Positions 50,721-63,700 of a stretch of 64,000 nucleotides of DNA are shown piece by piece. Made by a program: the position numbers and the translations under genes. The notes beneath the pieces were generated by a model, which made no database searches, was not told the origin of the DNA, and saw nothing but the letters and a program-made list of their open reading frames with translations. Numbering within the stretch: position 1 is the stretch's first letter; every line of letters starts with the position of its first letter. This DNA comes from Phoronis australis (lineage: Eukaryota > Animalia > Phoronida): positions 812,985-876,984 of the forward strand of contig NMRA01000008.1 in assembly GCA_002633005.1 (NCBI GenBank). The letters are read 5' to 3'.

Positions 50721-53559
50721 GACATCAGACCACCTGCACTGTTTTTCTGTTGTTTTTTTTGTTTTTTTATGTACTCGGTCATGAGCCTCTTTTTGAACCA
50801 ACAGATGTCACTAAAATATGCAAATGAGGCCCGCATCGCCTACGTCAAATTTGAACCGTCAGGTGCCTATAGTGTATGACTTGAAACGCAGTTCTACTGG
50901 ATCGCGTAGTCTCCTTCCAAGAAAACTAAGAACTCACCCAAGTTCTTTGAACATTGAGTATGGTTTCACAGGAAAATACATTTAATTGTATTTGGATACG
51001 CTTGCATGTGTGTATGCGTGGACTTTGTTATTTTGCTTAAATAAAGATTTAGAAGCAGAAATTCAGTAGTGTTTTAATTAGGGTTAAAACCCTAATTAAG
51101 CCACGGTACCGGTGGCCGGTGGCCATATGGGTCCCCGACGGGGAAGTCTGATATATGCACGGCAATTCGATGAAAGAACTAATGCTAGTCGATGGTCAGC
51201 TCCGCTATGATTCATTTGGAACGTGCGGCTTAGCTCGAACCGGCTATACCCGTGTTCTGGCTCCAAAGTTCGTTTTTTGAGCCCCAGTTTCGGGAAAAGT
51301 TCATTAGGGTCCCTTCATGAAGATTTTTTGAAAGGTATGGTCCCCGAAGCCCTTGGCCTATAGACCTCATCAAAATTCCTTGTTGAAACACGGCCACTCA
51401 GTGTCCAGCTTCTGCCGGGCGGCTGGGGAAAATGAACGTGTGTGCCAAAAATGTACACACTTCAACGCCAGCACCGGCGTCACGTTCCCGTCAATCACTG
51501 GCCGCGGATTCTACGCCGGCCTAATGCATGACTACACCTTATTTCATTAACGTGGGTGCGTCACTGAGTCATGACGTGCCCGGCCTGTGCAATATGCACG
51601 GGAATGGCAAGCAAACGATTCGGTTGAGAAGAACCAAAATTCATTGCGCAATACTACTGGGCACTATAAGCATCAAGGAAGTGCAAAGACAATCTTTACT
51701 AATTTATGAGTAATGACTTGAACTTCTTTTTCGATCTTCGGTTTGCAATTTTTAAAATTTCACTAGTCTAGTTTTTAATTCATGAAAGCATTTAGAGCTG
51801 CTCGACATTCATGAACTTATCACTGTTATCGTTTAGTGTACTTCATTGCGATATGGTTATCTCTTCCTGCTACAGTTTATGGTTATGTAATTTCACTTAA
51901 TTGAGTCTTGCTCGCACCGGACAATGCGGCCATCCCGGCTACTGTATCCCACTCCGGCGCCGGGCTCTCTTTGATCCTGGTAAAAGCTACTCAAAAGGAC
52001 GAGCGGTGAAAATTCCCGCATATCTTTAGAAAAGCATGACTTCCGATATAACAGTTACTCTTTTCAATTTTTAATAATGTTAGCCTTTCATATTAAGGGA
52101 TCCCCCCCAGACGGGGTTCAGTCTCTCGGAGGGGTGGCCCAGAACCAGTGCCCCTTTGCCTCTCTATAAATCTGACACTGTCAACTATTTACGAGCGGAA
52201 GAAGATAAGATTCCAAATTTATCGAAAAAACAAAACGATTTCGCACGAAGCAGTACGAGTATCAAGAGATTTGGCCCAAACAACCAAAATGATTGTGTTG
52301 AAAAATACAATTGGATAGACCGCCATTGAAAGAATGGAAGTTTAAAAAACTTAAAGATCTGCCCATTCATTGTTCGCCAATACGATTCTTTGATGACCAT
52401 GTAATGAGTACATGTCTAAAGGATTACAGTTGGCAAAACTAAAAGAGATTTCAACGATTTTTGGACTTCGAGTTTATCTCACCAACCTCAGTACTCCTCT
52501 GGAACTGAATGAACCTAAACACATATTAACACGAATGAAATTCTAAAACCTTCTTGGGGGACCCCAAATACCGTGAGATGCCCCTCGGCGTCTCTTATAT
52601 TCCTCTAGTTACACGCGTCACGACGTCGAGCATGCCTTCGGGAATAGCTTGATAAACAACAAATTCATTGGTTTCTAATTTACATGTTTATGAACGAAAA
52701 TTGAATGATTCGTGTACTTTTTTGAAAAGTAGAAGCTGATCTTGACAGAATTGGTGATGCTTCAGTGAACTTAGTTGCAGGCTGAAGTTAGGAAAATATT
52801 TATGGGGGGGGGGGGGGNTTTGTGCTCCACCTCAATAATTTTTACCTTCCTTAGGGCCTGACTAAAGGGAAAGTGTCAGTTCTTTATAAAATCGTCTTTT
52901 TGAATTTTAAACTCTGACTGAATTTAAAATCTATAAAATTTGAAGTTTATTCTAATTCTCTGGAAGAAGGTAAGCAGACTGTATGTAAAAGCTTTCGTTT
53001 TCTTCTCAAGTGCGCGGAAGATGGTAGCTGCAAAAAATACTGAATGAAAATCCAAGGCGTTTAGTTTACCTTTCGTCGGCACAAGCAAAACTGGGCCGAG
53101 TTATTTTAGGCGTAAGGTATTCCAAAGATGAAATTGAAAGTTTTAAGAACCAAAACTCATCTTCTCCGCGGAGAAAAAATGTGTTTTTTTTTCCGCGGAG
53201 AAAAACGTCTTTAGTCGTAAAAACTTTGAAAAAAAATCCGGGTCATGTTCGGGCCACGCCAGCGATGACGGCCAGTTAAATTTTGCTATGTCATTCTCTC
53301 ACCATGAGGCCGCACTTGCAAAGGTCTGCGTCACCAATGAGACAATCAATTGTTATACAAAGCTCATTGTGCGTCACCGTTTGCTTCGTGTCCCACCCTA
53401 GGTGATAATACTTAGCTTTGCTGTGCAGGTTGGATAGGGGAACTGAACTTAGTCACCCGTTTGCAAACTGAGTTACTAGTTCTAGGAAGCCTGTGACGTC
53501 AGTTAAGGCACTCCAATAGTCGGTGATATTGATTTTGATCCACACACAATACCTGGCGT

Positions 53560-53758
53560 GAGTGGAAGTCTTAGTTCAATGGTCTTTTCTGAGTCGGGGG
53601 GAACGACTGAATACGTTAAGAACACAGTCCTCGGAACTCTCCGATCAAACAACAAGTGAAACTTTGGATAAGGCGACTGTTCCCGGCAGTTTGTTGCTCT
53701 CGCGTAGTGAAAACAACTGCAAGTGTCGGAACTAGACCGAGTCGCACGGGGATAACAG
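53560..53758 (+). other. Candidate non-coding first exon of the DM13 gene
   Basis: A CpG-richer segment ends in the donor-like ACAG|gtgggt at 53758/53759. The downstream ATG exon has its own acceptor at 55527-55528, so an upstream exon is required. The start coordinate is a guess. Confidence 0.3.
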
Positions 53759-55537
53759 GTGGGTAATGTCGATATTGCTGGTGTATAATTAATTATCCTG
53801 GCATTTAGGGATAATAAAAGAGACCCCTTCTAGCTGCACACGTTTTCTCGTACCAGGAAGCGAGTAGACCAAGTGAGTGCATAATTTAGCAGTTTTGAAC
53901 GGATGCACGACTATATACGGCCTCAGTAGTACTAAGTTATTAACATTGTGTCAGAGTTTGAGCATTGAATCTCTTCACGTCCACAAAACCTTTCCTTGAC
54001 ATCTAGTTAACAGCTCTTCTCTCCGAGTCGAACAGATCCACCAAGGCAAGTATGTTATTCAGTAGATTTCTCTGAAGTAGCGGATTGTGGCCGGCATACT
54101 GCTGCATGTAGTGTAGGCATTTACATCGCCATGTTTGCTGCATGGTCTACGCGTTGCCTAACCATAGATATCCTAACTGCTGTAGGCCTACAGTATAGGT
54201 TCAAACATTGCGTCCTTTGCCAATTTTTGACTTTTGATTCTTAACAGGGCTTGCGTGTTTTTCTGTTCACAAGTCTAAGCAGTAAGTAGCAACCAAGTCT
54301 CATGTTGGAACCCCTGCACTCTTGGATTCCGTACAGCATCACCACCCACTATTTCTTATCTATGACCTCTTACAGATTTGTTTGTCCTTGTGTGTGATTA
54401 TGTCTGATTATGTAATATCCATTTCTGGTGTTGAGGATTTTGTTGAACCAGAGCATCTGGGGAATCCAGATACTGAAAGCTTGGGGACAATTGTTTTTAT
54501 AATCTGAGCTGGAAGTTATACTACTGTATGAGGTGTGATCATTTTATTGATCTTTCGTGAGAATGTCACCATTTCTAATCGGATAAATTAAACAGGTTAG
54601 GGTTTGGAGTTTGTATTACTCCAAAGGATTAGAAAAAGTTATTAGATTTCTTCGAAGAAGTAAATGTTTACTTTGTCGCTAAAGACCCTCGGAGTATATA
54701 GTGTTTGACCACTCAACACGTATCATCATGCACGGTTTTTGCACAAACGTTATTGTAAAATTCTATATTTCAAAAGTTGATTACCTTACTTCAAATAATG
54801 AAGACTCAAGTTAACAAATATTGCTTCGTGACCATTTTCACACAATTCAACCTTGGCTACTTATGAAGTAAAAATTTCTCAATGTTTATTTCTGTTGGGA
54901 AAGTTGACGAAATAAAACCTCATGACAATGAATATTAAAATGCAAAAAATTACCCTGATATAAAAGCCTTCAGGTGAGTTTGTAGCAAATTAAGAGGAAT
55001 TATTATGGAGAGGTCCTGACTTAACAAACCCACTATTAACCTCATTCTCATCTTCTGAGCTATATCCTCTGTGATGTCCTGTTATAGCATAAGAAATATT
55101 TCTTGTTTAGTTTCAGTTCCAGACAACAGCATTTTCCAAAACCAAATATCAATCTACTTGTGTACACAGTCTTGCCATGCTGATTGAAATACTGGTCAAG
55201 AAACCAAATCTTAAATTGTTTTCAGCCAACTTTTATTGCATTTCTCCTTAGCCAGCCAATGACCTTAGCTGAGCCAACTATGGTTTTTTGGCCTAATACT
55301 TTTTTGTCGGTGTTTTCTGCATAGCTGTGGGCTAACAAAACTGCGGGTACAATTTTGAACACCTCCGGTGAATTGCAGGTCTTCATCAAAAAATAAGAAC
55401 TTATTTTAGTCATCATTTTTGTCTAAAGTTGAAAATTAGTGGATTACAAAATTGATGGCTTTTACTAGACACTGATCTGCACTGGCTGTGTTTTATCAAC
55501 TCTCTATAATTTTCTTTTCTACTTTCAGTGGCAAAGT

Positions 55538-55598
55538 ATGTTTGGGGCTACATGTTGTACAGCTCTTGTGGTGCTCCTTTGTGGGATGTATTTAACAG
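55538..55598 (+). CDS. Signal-peptide exon of a DM13-domain (Skeletor/Knickkopf-like) protein
   Basis: Strong acceptor ttttcttttctactttcag|tggcaaagtATG; MFGATCCTALVVLLCGMYLT, then G|gtgaat (phase 1). It joins the next exon to give ...YLTGVEC-VTTY, a plausible signal cleavage site. Confidence 0.75.
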
Positions 55599-57363
55599 GT
55601 GAATATTTTTAAAGTGCAATAAATCCAGTTCATTCTGCCAAAGACAACTTCTGATTTAGATCACTTAACTTTTTGTTCCGTATTCAGTTTAGAATTGAGA
55701 CCTTTCAGACACTAATGTGCGGGGTGACGCCGCGACCGAGTTGGATGCAGGTCATCCGTCACTCGCAAATCACTGAGATTATCCCTACGGGCTATGGTTA
55801 CTCTAATAAATGAATGTAACTTCAGACGTTTGCTGAATTCCTTTGGCACCAACATTCAGCCTTATTTCTTTTAATTGAGCACATCTTGTATTGTATTGTT
55901 GGGTACAAGGAATCCGAGTCTGTTTTATGCCATGATTAGTGCAAACCATGGTAGAAGGCTAGGCACTGGGTGTGGAAATGATTCACATATTTAACAAAGT
56001 GATACTTCCTTCCATACAGAAAATTTATTCTGGTCATTGCTCAGGGAGTGATAATCTAGTTACAACTGGTAGCCTAGAAAGCAAACTAGACAAAACTCGT
56101 GCCGTTTTTTTCCTACATCCAGGATTCATGAAGACTATAATGAATTTTCAGATAAAAGAATTCCACTGCAATATGAAATGCAAAACCTTGAAATTTTGAG
56201 AGCAGACTCTCACTTAATTATAGCATTTACACTGGGGTCATTAAGTACAAGCCAAGACTAGACACTCATCCAAGTAAGCTATAATGCACTGCAGCACAGA
56301 ATAGTAGACACTTATTTTTAGCTCGCACAACTGGTAGGACGGAAAAAGTAAACAATAATTTCGAGTTTGATTTCAAGTACACAGATTAGACCAAGAGCCC
56401 GGTATTACAACAAAAGTGCCTAGTCATCGGAGTCATAATTGGAAACTGAACGTCAGACATCAGCAAAACAAATGAATAAAAAGTTGAATAAACACAGTTA
56501 TTTGGTTGCACTACTGTGCATTGCTATTAAAATGCGTGGGTAAAAATAAGGGGCACACTAGCTTATGGAGAACGTTGACCGCCGCGCGGTTCCAGCACGT
56601 TGCAGTTTTTACGCATGCGACCTGTTTAGATTTTCAGATGTGGAGAACACTGACTTCAGGCCATCGTCCAAATTTGTGTTTCATGTGATTGGGCATTTCA
56701 GAAAAGAATCTTGACAGTTAGAAAAAAATGAATAACATTTATACCACAACAAAATTTAATTTCGTGTCAAAAAAACAAATGTCTACATTTAAAAATCAAT
56801 TACAAAGTGATAAATGGCTTACTACATGGCATACCTATCGAAATCGTTTAGAGAATATGCATTGGTTTATTGTCCTTCCCCGTTAATGAGCTGAGTCACC
56901 AAATTATCACAAATATTTTTCCTAGGTCCTGCCTGCTTAGCAGAGTGAGGCCATTTCAGGAATGGTAATTGACTTTTCTTGCCTGATCAAGTTCCTATGA
57001 AACTTTCAGATGCAGTGCCTTATGTACTCCAAAACGCTGTTAGAAACTGTTTCTAAAATGTTTCATTTTTGACTAAAGGGTTATCAAAACTAAGACTTCA
57101 TGTTTTGTATGAAAAAACCCTCAGAAGATGCATAAGACGACAATTGAAAACTAAGTGGTAGCTAAAAACAATTGTAATAGCATTTTTGAGATTTCATTTC
57201 AAACGAATTTATGGAAGATATACTAGTATTTAAAAATTATTTATTACATTATAACACAAGGTATGATATTTCATTTTAAAATTGACTTTCAAAAAAGTTC
57301 AATGTTGGTTTAACTTGGTATGTACTGAATCCAGTGGGCTGTTCTTTGCTTTTAGTATTTATA

Positions 57364-57403
57364 ACTAGCCGTTACCCGTGCTTTTGCACGGGTAGCAGCT
57401 AGT
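57364..57403. mobile_element. Helitron-type 3' terminus (hairpin + CTAG), symmetric on both strands
   Basis: actag-ccgt-tacccgtgc-tttt-gcacgggta-gcag-ctagt. Confidence 0.6.
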
Positions 57404-58289
57404 GGGAAACGCCGAGGGAGGGAAATTTATAGCTCACCTAAGAGTGAACAACTGAGTGTTCATCGCAAGAGACAGGAATACTTCTTGAAGAGACCGTGTT
57501 CAAAGCTTCAAGCAGAATTTCTGTCACTGTCAGATTTTAGTAGACAAGGTGTGCGGCTGCGGAATTCTTTCCCCATGCAGTACAAATTTCTTTCCACTGA
57601 GAACATTTGACCCTAGCCGTAACACAAAGTACGGTTATCAGATATTACTCTTTTAAAGTGAAAACTAAGAATGCACTTAAAATATCGTATAGCACACAAA
57701 GTATATAGACGTATTTATAAAAGTTGCATCATAAATGTACATACTGAGGTAGAAAACCAGCTAGCTAGGTAGCCATGTAGCCTGCTCGGTGGGACACCGA
57801 AATTTCACACAACCCAGGGGCTCAGCTCGTCACCTCGTCATACGTGAAACTTAGAGCTAACAACCTGCAGGGGTGCATGCAGAACCTGTGAATGAACAGA
57901 CATTCACCTTGCCTGTTAGAGCCGTTGATAGAATTTAAAAAAATGTACTAAACGTTATTTTTCATAATTCCCCTTCTTTTGTAACAACGCCATTGTGTTC
58001 GTTAAGGTTTTGTCCCCGGACTACGTCTCGGTTTCCGGTTTTCTGTCGATTTGTCTTGTTCATCAATAAACGCTAGCAAACCTTGTTTTATTTAACTCAC
58101 TGTCGCAACATCTTGAACAATATTGTCAGTCATGGAATACTAGAAGTCAGGTTGCCTTATCTCAGAACATAAACGTATATCCCAACAGAATAGTCACATT
58201 TAGTTGTGAGCCCGGGATATGCATATGAGCAAATACTTTCACTAGAATTCATCCTGGTCAGCTGGCTAAAATTGAAAATCAAACTCCTT

Positions 58290-58642
58290 TCCTTTATTAT
58301 GAGAGCTGGAGGTGTTAGAGATATTAACATTGAAAACCTTCCTAAGGAGACTGGAATGATGAAAATTCACACAAGACATCAATTCCTATCTGCTTGTTGT
58401 ATGTACAAATGTTTTTAACGTCTTGTCCCAACATACTACATGCTAAGTTTAAGATGACTACTAATCCCTACAATACTAGTTCCTCAATATCATCAAATTT
58501 CAATCTTCCTAAACCCAGAAATGAAACTGGGAAATATCATTTCCTTACAGCAGGCCCTATCTATGGAACTGCAGATGCCAAATGTACATCATCCTTTATA
58601 ACATTTAAAAGAATTATAAGAAATCTATTTAACTTCATGTAG
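58290..58642 (+). mobile_element. Degraded C-terminus of LINE ORF2 (CR1/L2/Crack-like)
   Basis: ...CMYKC... and YNTSSSISSNFNLPKPRNETGKYHF...G...SSFITFKRII resemble the YNTR...LPKPRT..GK..F.Y.G...WN...SF..FK tail of CR1-group elements; frameshifted. Confidence 0.6.
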
Positions 58643-58740
58643 ATGTGTTCTGTTTAGCAATTTTACATTCAGTATATCCATATCAGACTATTTTTTATTC
58701 ATGTGTACATATGGCTGTCCTTCGGGAGCAAGTTTTCGGA

Positions 58741-59854
58741 TATACAGAATTGATTGAACGCATGACATTTTTCATTGTTCACAGTCTTTATTCCTTTACG
58801 TTCATATCTTTGGAATAAAACTACTCTCAACGAAACATAGGTAAAGTAAATGACCTAGCGACATAATTAAAAGGCACACGATATTTCGAAACATACCGGT
58901 ACTTGTTTCATTCTCATCCGCCTTAGGCTACAACACTGGTGAATAATGGGTACACCAATGTTTTTGTAGACTTCCATGTTAAGCGGTTTGTTTCCAGAAT
59001 TAGGTATGAAGTCCCTGCACGTTGGACCAGTGTGGCCAAAAAGTTACTTTACAAAAATGTCTTGTCTAATAATTACCTCCAGGACGAACACGCCATTAAG
59101 AAAATTATTAGGGATAATATTAAAGTTTGTAAATCTGAGGATCACCTCCATGTTATTATTTGTTATCGGAATAGAAAGTCCTCCAACTTGGTCATGAAAA
59201 ATAACATTTCTAAAGTGAAAGTCTGCCCCGTTGCCCGGTGTAGTGTTGTTTATAAATTTCTATGTCCAATGAACGAATGTCTTCGTTCAAACGTCAAACA
59301 GTGTTACATTGGTAAAACAGTTTGAAGTCTTTCCTGTCGCTTATCTATGCATCTTCAAAATGGCGCCATCCAAGATCATTTTCTGCAATGTCACTAACGT
59401 AAAATCACCCGTCAAGAAATCGTGGAAAACACGTCAATTCAGTATGTAGAGCATAATGTGCCGCGATTGAAAGTATATGAGTCCCTTTTAACTGCATTTG
59501 AGAATCCTGTTTTGAATGAGCAGCAAACAGGGTCGTGCTGCACGTTACACTTGTTTGCGTGACATTCCTGTTACCCCCCTTCTTTAGTCATTCTTTGCAG
59601 TATTTCACACCCGCCGTGTCCCACTGTGTGTTTCATCAGCTTATGCTCTGTGGTGGCATTACTTTGTCATTTTATCTTCACTTGAGAACGAAACGAGTAT
59701 TTTTTGAAATATCGTGTGCCTTTTAATTATGTGGCTAGGTCAGTTACTTTACCAATGTTCCATTTAGAGTAGAGTTTTATTCCGGAGATAGGAACATAAC
59801 GGAATAAAGACTGTGAACAATGAAAAGTGTCGTGTGTTCAATCAATTATGTGTA
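58741..59854 (+). mobile_element. 5'-truncated Penelope-like retroelement (GIY-YIG endonuclease remnant) flanked by inverted pseudo-LTRs
   Basis: LVNNGY...SVVYKFLCPMNEC...QCYIGKTV*SLSCRLSMHLQNGAIQDHF...RLKVYESLL...NPVLNEQ gives a GIY-YIG domain (VVY...YIG, R, H, E, N) with in-frame stops. 58741-58916 is an inverted copy of 59683-59854. Confidence 0.88.
59679..59716 (+). ncRNA. Minimal hammerhead-ribozyme-like motif (degenerate) in the Penelope-like repeat; second copy on the minus strand at 58877-58916
   Basis: CAC-UUGAGAAC-[stem II]-GAAA-UA-UC-GUG; the inverted copy has an intact stem II GAAACA/UGUUUC. Penelope-like repeats are known to carry minimal hammerheads. Confidence 0.5.
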
Positions 59855-60110
59855 CATATGTGTATGTGTGTGTATTTAGTTGTGTATTCATGTGTTTGTT
59901 TGTTTTTATGTATGTATGTATGTATGTATGTATGTATGTATGTTAGTGTGTATTTATATATGTATAACCATATGTATGTTTATGTATGTATGTATGTATG
60001 TATGTATGTGTGTATTTATATATATGTATGTATGTTTATGTATGTATGTGTTTATGTATGTGTGTGTGTAAGAGTGCATTTGTATACATGTGTGTATATA
60101 TCTATTATGT
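59850..60110. repeat. (TATG)n / (TG)n microsatellite
   Basis: tatgtatgtatgtatg... tracts. Confidence 0.97.
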
Positions 60111-60299
60111 CTTACTTTTATTAATTATTTTTTGTCTGTTTTTAATTATTTATATTTATATTTTAGTTAATTATCTTGTCTTACTTTCTTTATCTTCTAT
60201 TCATCATATTTTATTTTTTATTTTGTTTCATCGGTCTTTCCATGTTAATTTCTTACTCTTTGCTTATAATTTAAATATTGTCTTTCATCTTGTAATTCT

Positions 60300-60418
60300 G
60301 TTAGTTTGTCTTTACTGTCTGTGTGTTTTTACTGAGGGCCCTAATGGAAAGCAGTGTGAACTGATGGGGCCACCCTCATTGTAAATATTACATTAATAAA
60401 TAAATAAATTAAATAAAT
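60300..60418 (+). mobile_element. 3' end of a LINE/SINE (L2/CR1-type stem-loop plus (TAAA)n tail)
   Basis: tgagggccctaatggaaagcag...ctgatggggccaccctca followed by aataaataaataaattaaataaat. Confidence 0.6.
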
Positions 60419-60545
60419 TCCTGTAGGGTTCCATTTCTGTTACCATCTTTAATCGCTATTTTCAAATTCTCAGTTTTAAGCCGATTGTCTTTTAGCCATG
60501 TGAACAGTGCAAAGTGCAGCTTTAAATCTTGCATTGTCTTAACAG

Positions 60546-60686
60546 GAGTGGAATGTGTGACCACCTATCATGGCAAGCTGATTGGAGAACTGAGCAGGAA
60601 GGACCATGATGTCAGGGGTACCATCTATGCTGTGGATGCGAAACGCGTCAAGTTTGTGAAATTTAACTACGATGGAACCGCTCCAG
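60546..60686 (+). CDS. DM13-domain protein exon (Skeletor/Knickkopf-like)
   Basis: taacag|GA GTG GAA TGT...GCT CCA G|gtacaa; YHGKLIGELSRKDHDVRGTIYAVDAKRVKFVKFNYDGTAP matches the DM13 pattern YxGKxIGxL...HxVxGxVYAVD...FxYDGxxP; 141 nt, phase 1 to 1. Confidence 0.9.
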
Positions 60687-62792
60687 GTACAATACACATG
60701 GCTTGCTTAGTAATAGGATTCCCGACTTAGAAAGCGAAGAAAATGTCTTTTTTCAGTAGAATAAGAGCAAGGAGCTACTGCCCTGCAGGGGTGCATCAAG
60801 GGGATAAGCGTCCATGCCAAGAATTATATGATGACACTTGGCTTACCTCAAACTCCAACTCTGCCTGATGTAATTGGCCCAGTTATGTTGCGCACTCAGT
60901 AGAATTAATGAGGAGCACAATATGGAAAGATTATAAAAACCTTTTTAGGTTTGTAAAAACCCTATGTCTTGTCCAGTTTTCAAAATTCAAAAACCTAATC
61001 ATGTCCACTTCTCACGAACTATTCATGTGTTACAGGAGTACTGAACCGGACTTTGTTGAAGTATTCAGGTGTTGCCTAAGCTTGTTATCAAAAATAAGGT
61101 GCATGGCGTTCATAAGCATTTTGTTTGAATTGCGTACTCATATTGGTTAATGTTTAGCATATCGTATATGATGCGGCGTTTGTGATTTTCACGAGCAGTC
61201 TCAGCCGAGTCGTGTTTTGTTTTTCTTTCAAAATTCTTTATTTTTTTAATTCTTACTGGTCGTAGGCATACGTGAGTGGCTCACGGTGAGCCGATAAGAA
61301 AATAATTGCAAAACAAACAGATCCACACTCTCTAAATTAAAGTATTTTTTCATTAATTGTTACGGCTGATTCTATTCAAAATTATTCACATGGCAGTGGA
61401 TATTTCTGTGCTGTACGTTGTGTACAACGCTTAGATTTTTTTAATATTTTAATCTAATCTAAGTATTTATGTAACATCAACGTTCACAAATGCGGGTTTC
61501 GTTTGGACAGAGACGACCACACAAACAATGCTGCATATCATATCACTAAGTCGCTGTCAAACATATATGCTATTTATAAAGTAAATGAAGAACGATAAAT
61601 TGGAACTGCTATTGTCGCCCCCATTGCATTTATAGCTGCTTTTACACGAGAGACAGTTGTCACCATGTCAGTTGTCACGGAGCGACTTGCTCCACTTTAG
61701 TCGCATTTACACGACATAAGTTCGCACACTGGATCAGCATGAGTCACTTAAACGAAAACTGTCTGGGCATGCTCGCACAAACGCACCTGCACCAGACCAG
61801 CTGTTCAGTGTTAGCTGCACCAGATCAGCTGTCTTTTGTGTAAATGCGACATTTATCCGAGAGACACGTGACCTGGCACACAGCCAACACAGGATGAGTC
61901 TGATTATGTAGAGAATGATAACATCAGCTGCCTGGATCAGTGCTGGCAAATATTGAGGTATGCAAACCGGTCAAGTTGCCCAATCTCGACCGCTGAGGGT
62001 GTCAACGTAAGATTGTTTTCGTGCCACGTGATTGGCTGATGACACCCAGTGAATTTTGAGCTTCAAATTTGCACATTCACTGACGTCTCATTTAGTGAGT
62101 GCCTTGCTCCACTAATTTTACCCGCTGCTCAGTAGTTATTTTTATCTCAGTCTGTTACCTAGTAAAACTACAGGCTTTTTTCCCTAACTTAATCTTTTTG
62201 ACTTATTGATCCAGAATACTTCACCGTCTTTTTGTCTAACTTTTTATATGGTCACACACCATTTTTAAGTAAGCCGCTGATAATTTATAATGATCATGAT
62301 AAAGTTGAAAAATACGGACCTGACTTTTGAGGCTGTTCCTCAAATTGTGTTCATTGGGTATGTAATATTTACCAAATTTTAACAGTCAAGCTCTACTATT
62401 TGAATATCTGCATCTTTCATGATCATTCCAAAGAATGAAACTACAATATTTCTTAAAACCTTTAATATCGTCATATGACCAAGTGTTGGTTGATGTCTTA
62501 TATACAATAATTGATCTGCGTGTATCAGCGCAGAGTACTGTTCTCCGAATTATTCTCGTTTCTGACCTATTTAAACCTTGATAATTTTTGAACGACTTGA
62601 GATTAGTTTCTAAAATTTCACACAAGTCACTTTGCCAGCAATTTGAAATATGTTTTTATGATCCAAAATGCACTGGAAGAGGGCAAATGGTGCAAAATAA
62701 TTCAGAATGTTTCATTTCCATTAAGGCAAATTGATACACAATGTGGCCACACTCTAGAATCTAGTGTGTCATCAAACCATATTCTTTTGTGC

Positions 62793-63042
62793 ATGTGCAT
62801 ACCCAGGGTAGCTCAGGGTGCTCGAATGAGCCCCCCTATTTGACAAAGTGGGCAAAAAGGTCCGCCTTAGAGAAACAAAAAGTCCGAGAAAACGAGACAA
62901 AAATCCAAAGGAATTCCGCACAAATGCACAATTCATAGGTCTGAACGTAGTACCCCATTTTTTCGTTCCCGTTTTTTTCAATGAAAGGTCCACATACTGA
63001 AAAATTCAAGCCCCTCTATATTTTAGGCTGGGTGCACGCATG
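62793..63042. mobile_element. Short MITE
   Basis: The ends catgtgcatacccag / ctgggtgcacgcatg are inverted repeats. Confidence 0.6.
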
Positions 63043-63615
63043 TTGTGCTATTAATTAAAAACCTTTACAGTCCTGTTTAATTACTGTCCAAAACATTCTG
63101 TAACAACTCTTCCATTTGGGTTGAAGATAATGACAAAGTTGTATGTGTTTATACTTGTTAAGTTCGTGCAACATTGTTGCAGATTACTGAACTAATGTAC
63201 CAAAATGTTATTTGGTTACAGTATAAGCCGTGTTAACAATCATAATGAAGAAAATTTTTGTTGAAATCTGTTTTTGTTGAGAAATTATACAAAATGAATG
63301 GTCATTGGCCTGTCATATCGTGTTGTAAATATTGAACAATGTTTGTCTGTGTACCATATGATGTTCTGTTCTAGACTGCGGATAGCATCTTGTCTTGTGA
63401 GTGGAAGTGTCATAAATCACTGGTTCATTACCAGGGAAGGGTTGATTTTGATAGAAAAAATGTGTTCACTCTGAACAATTTAATTTGACCCTCTGCCATT
63501 ATGCACTCTCTGATCGCTTTATTATCAGGACTCTTGTAATTATATGTTTTTGTTTCCACACTGTAGAAACCTGAGTTTGTGGACCGCGTGAAAGTTATGA
63601 TATTGTTTGTTTTAG

Positions 63616-63700
63616 ATGCCTTCTTCTGGTTTGGCATGAAAGGCAAGTCTAGTAACACAGTCGATGGTACTGGTATCAAAGTTCCGGATGAAAATAACAG
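63616..63700 (+). CDS. DM13-domain protein exon (gene continues beyond the window)
   Basis: ttttag|AT GCC TTC TTC TGG...AAC AG|gtaatg; (P)DAFFWFG...GIKVPDENN continues the DM13 motif PDAFFWxG...GxxVPDE; 85 nt, phase 1 to 2. Confidence 0.9.

Noticed and set aside
59813-60384. Hydrophobic, Cys/Met/Tyr/Val-rich ORFs
   Set aside because: Translation of the (TATG)n microsatellite and a T-rich low-complexity tract.
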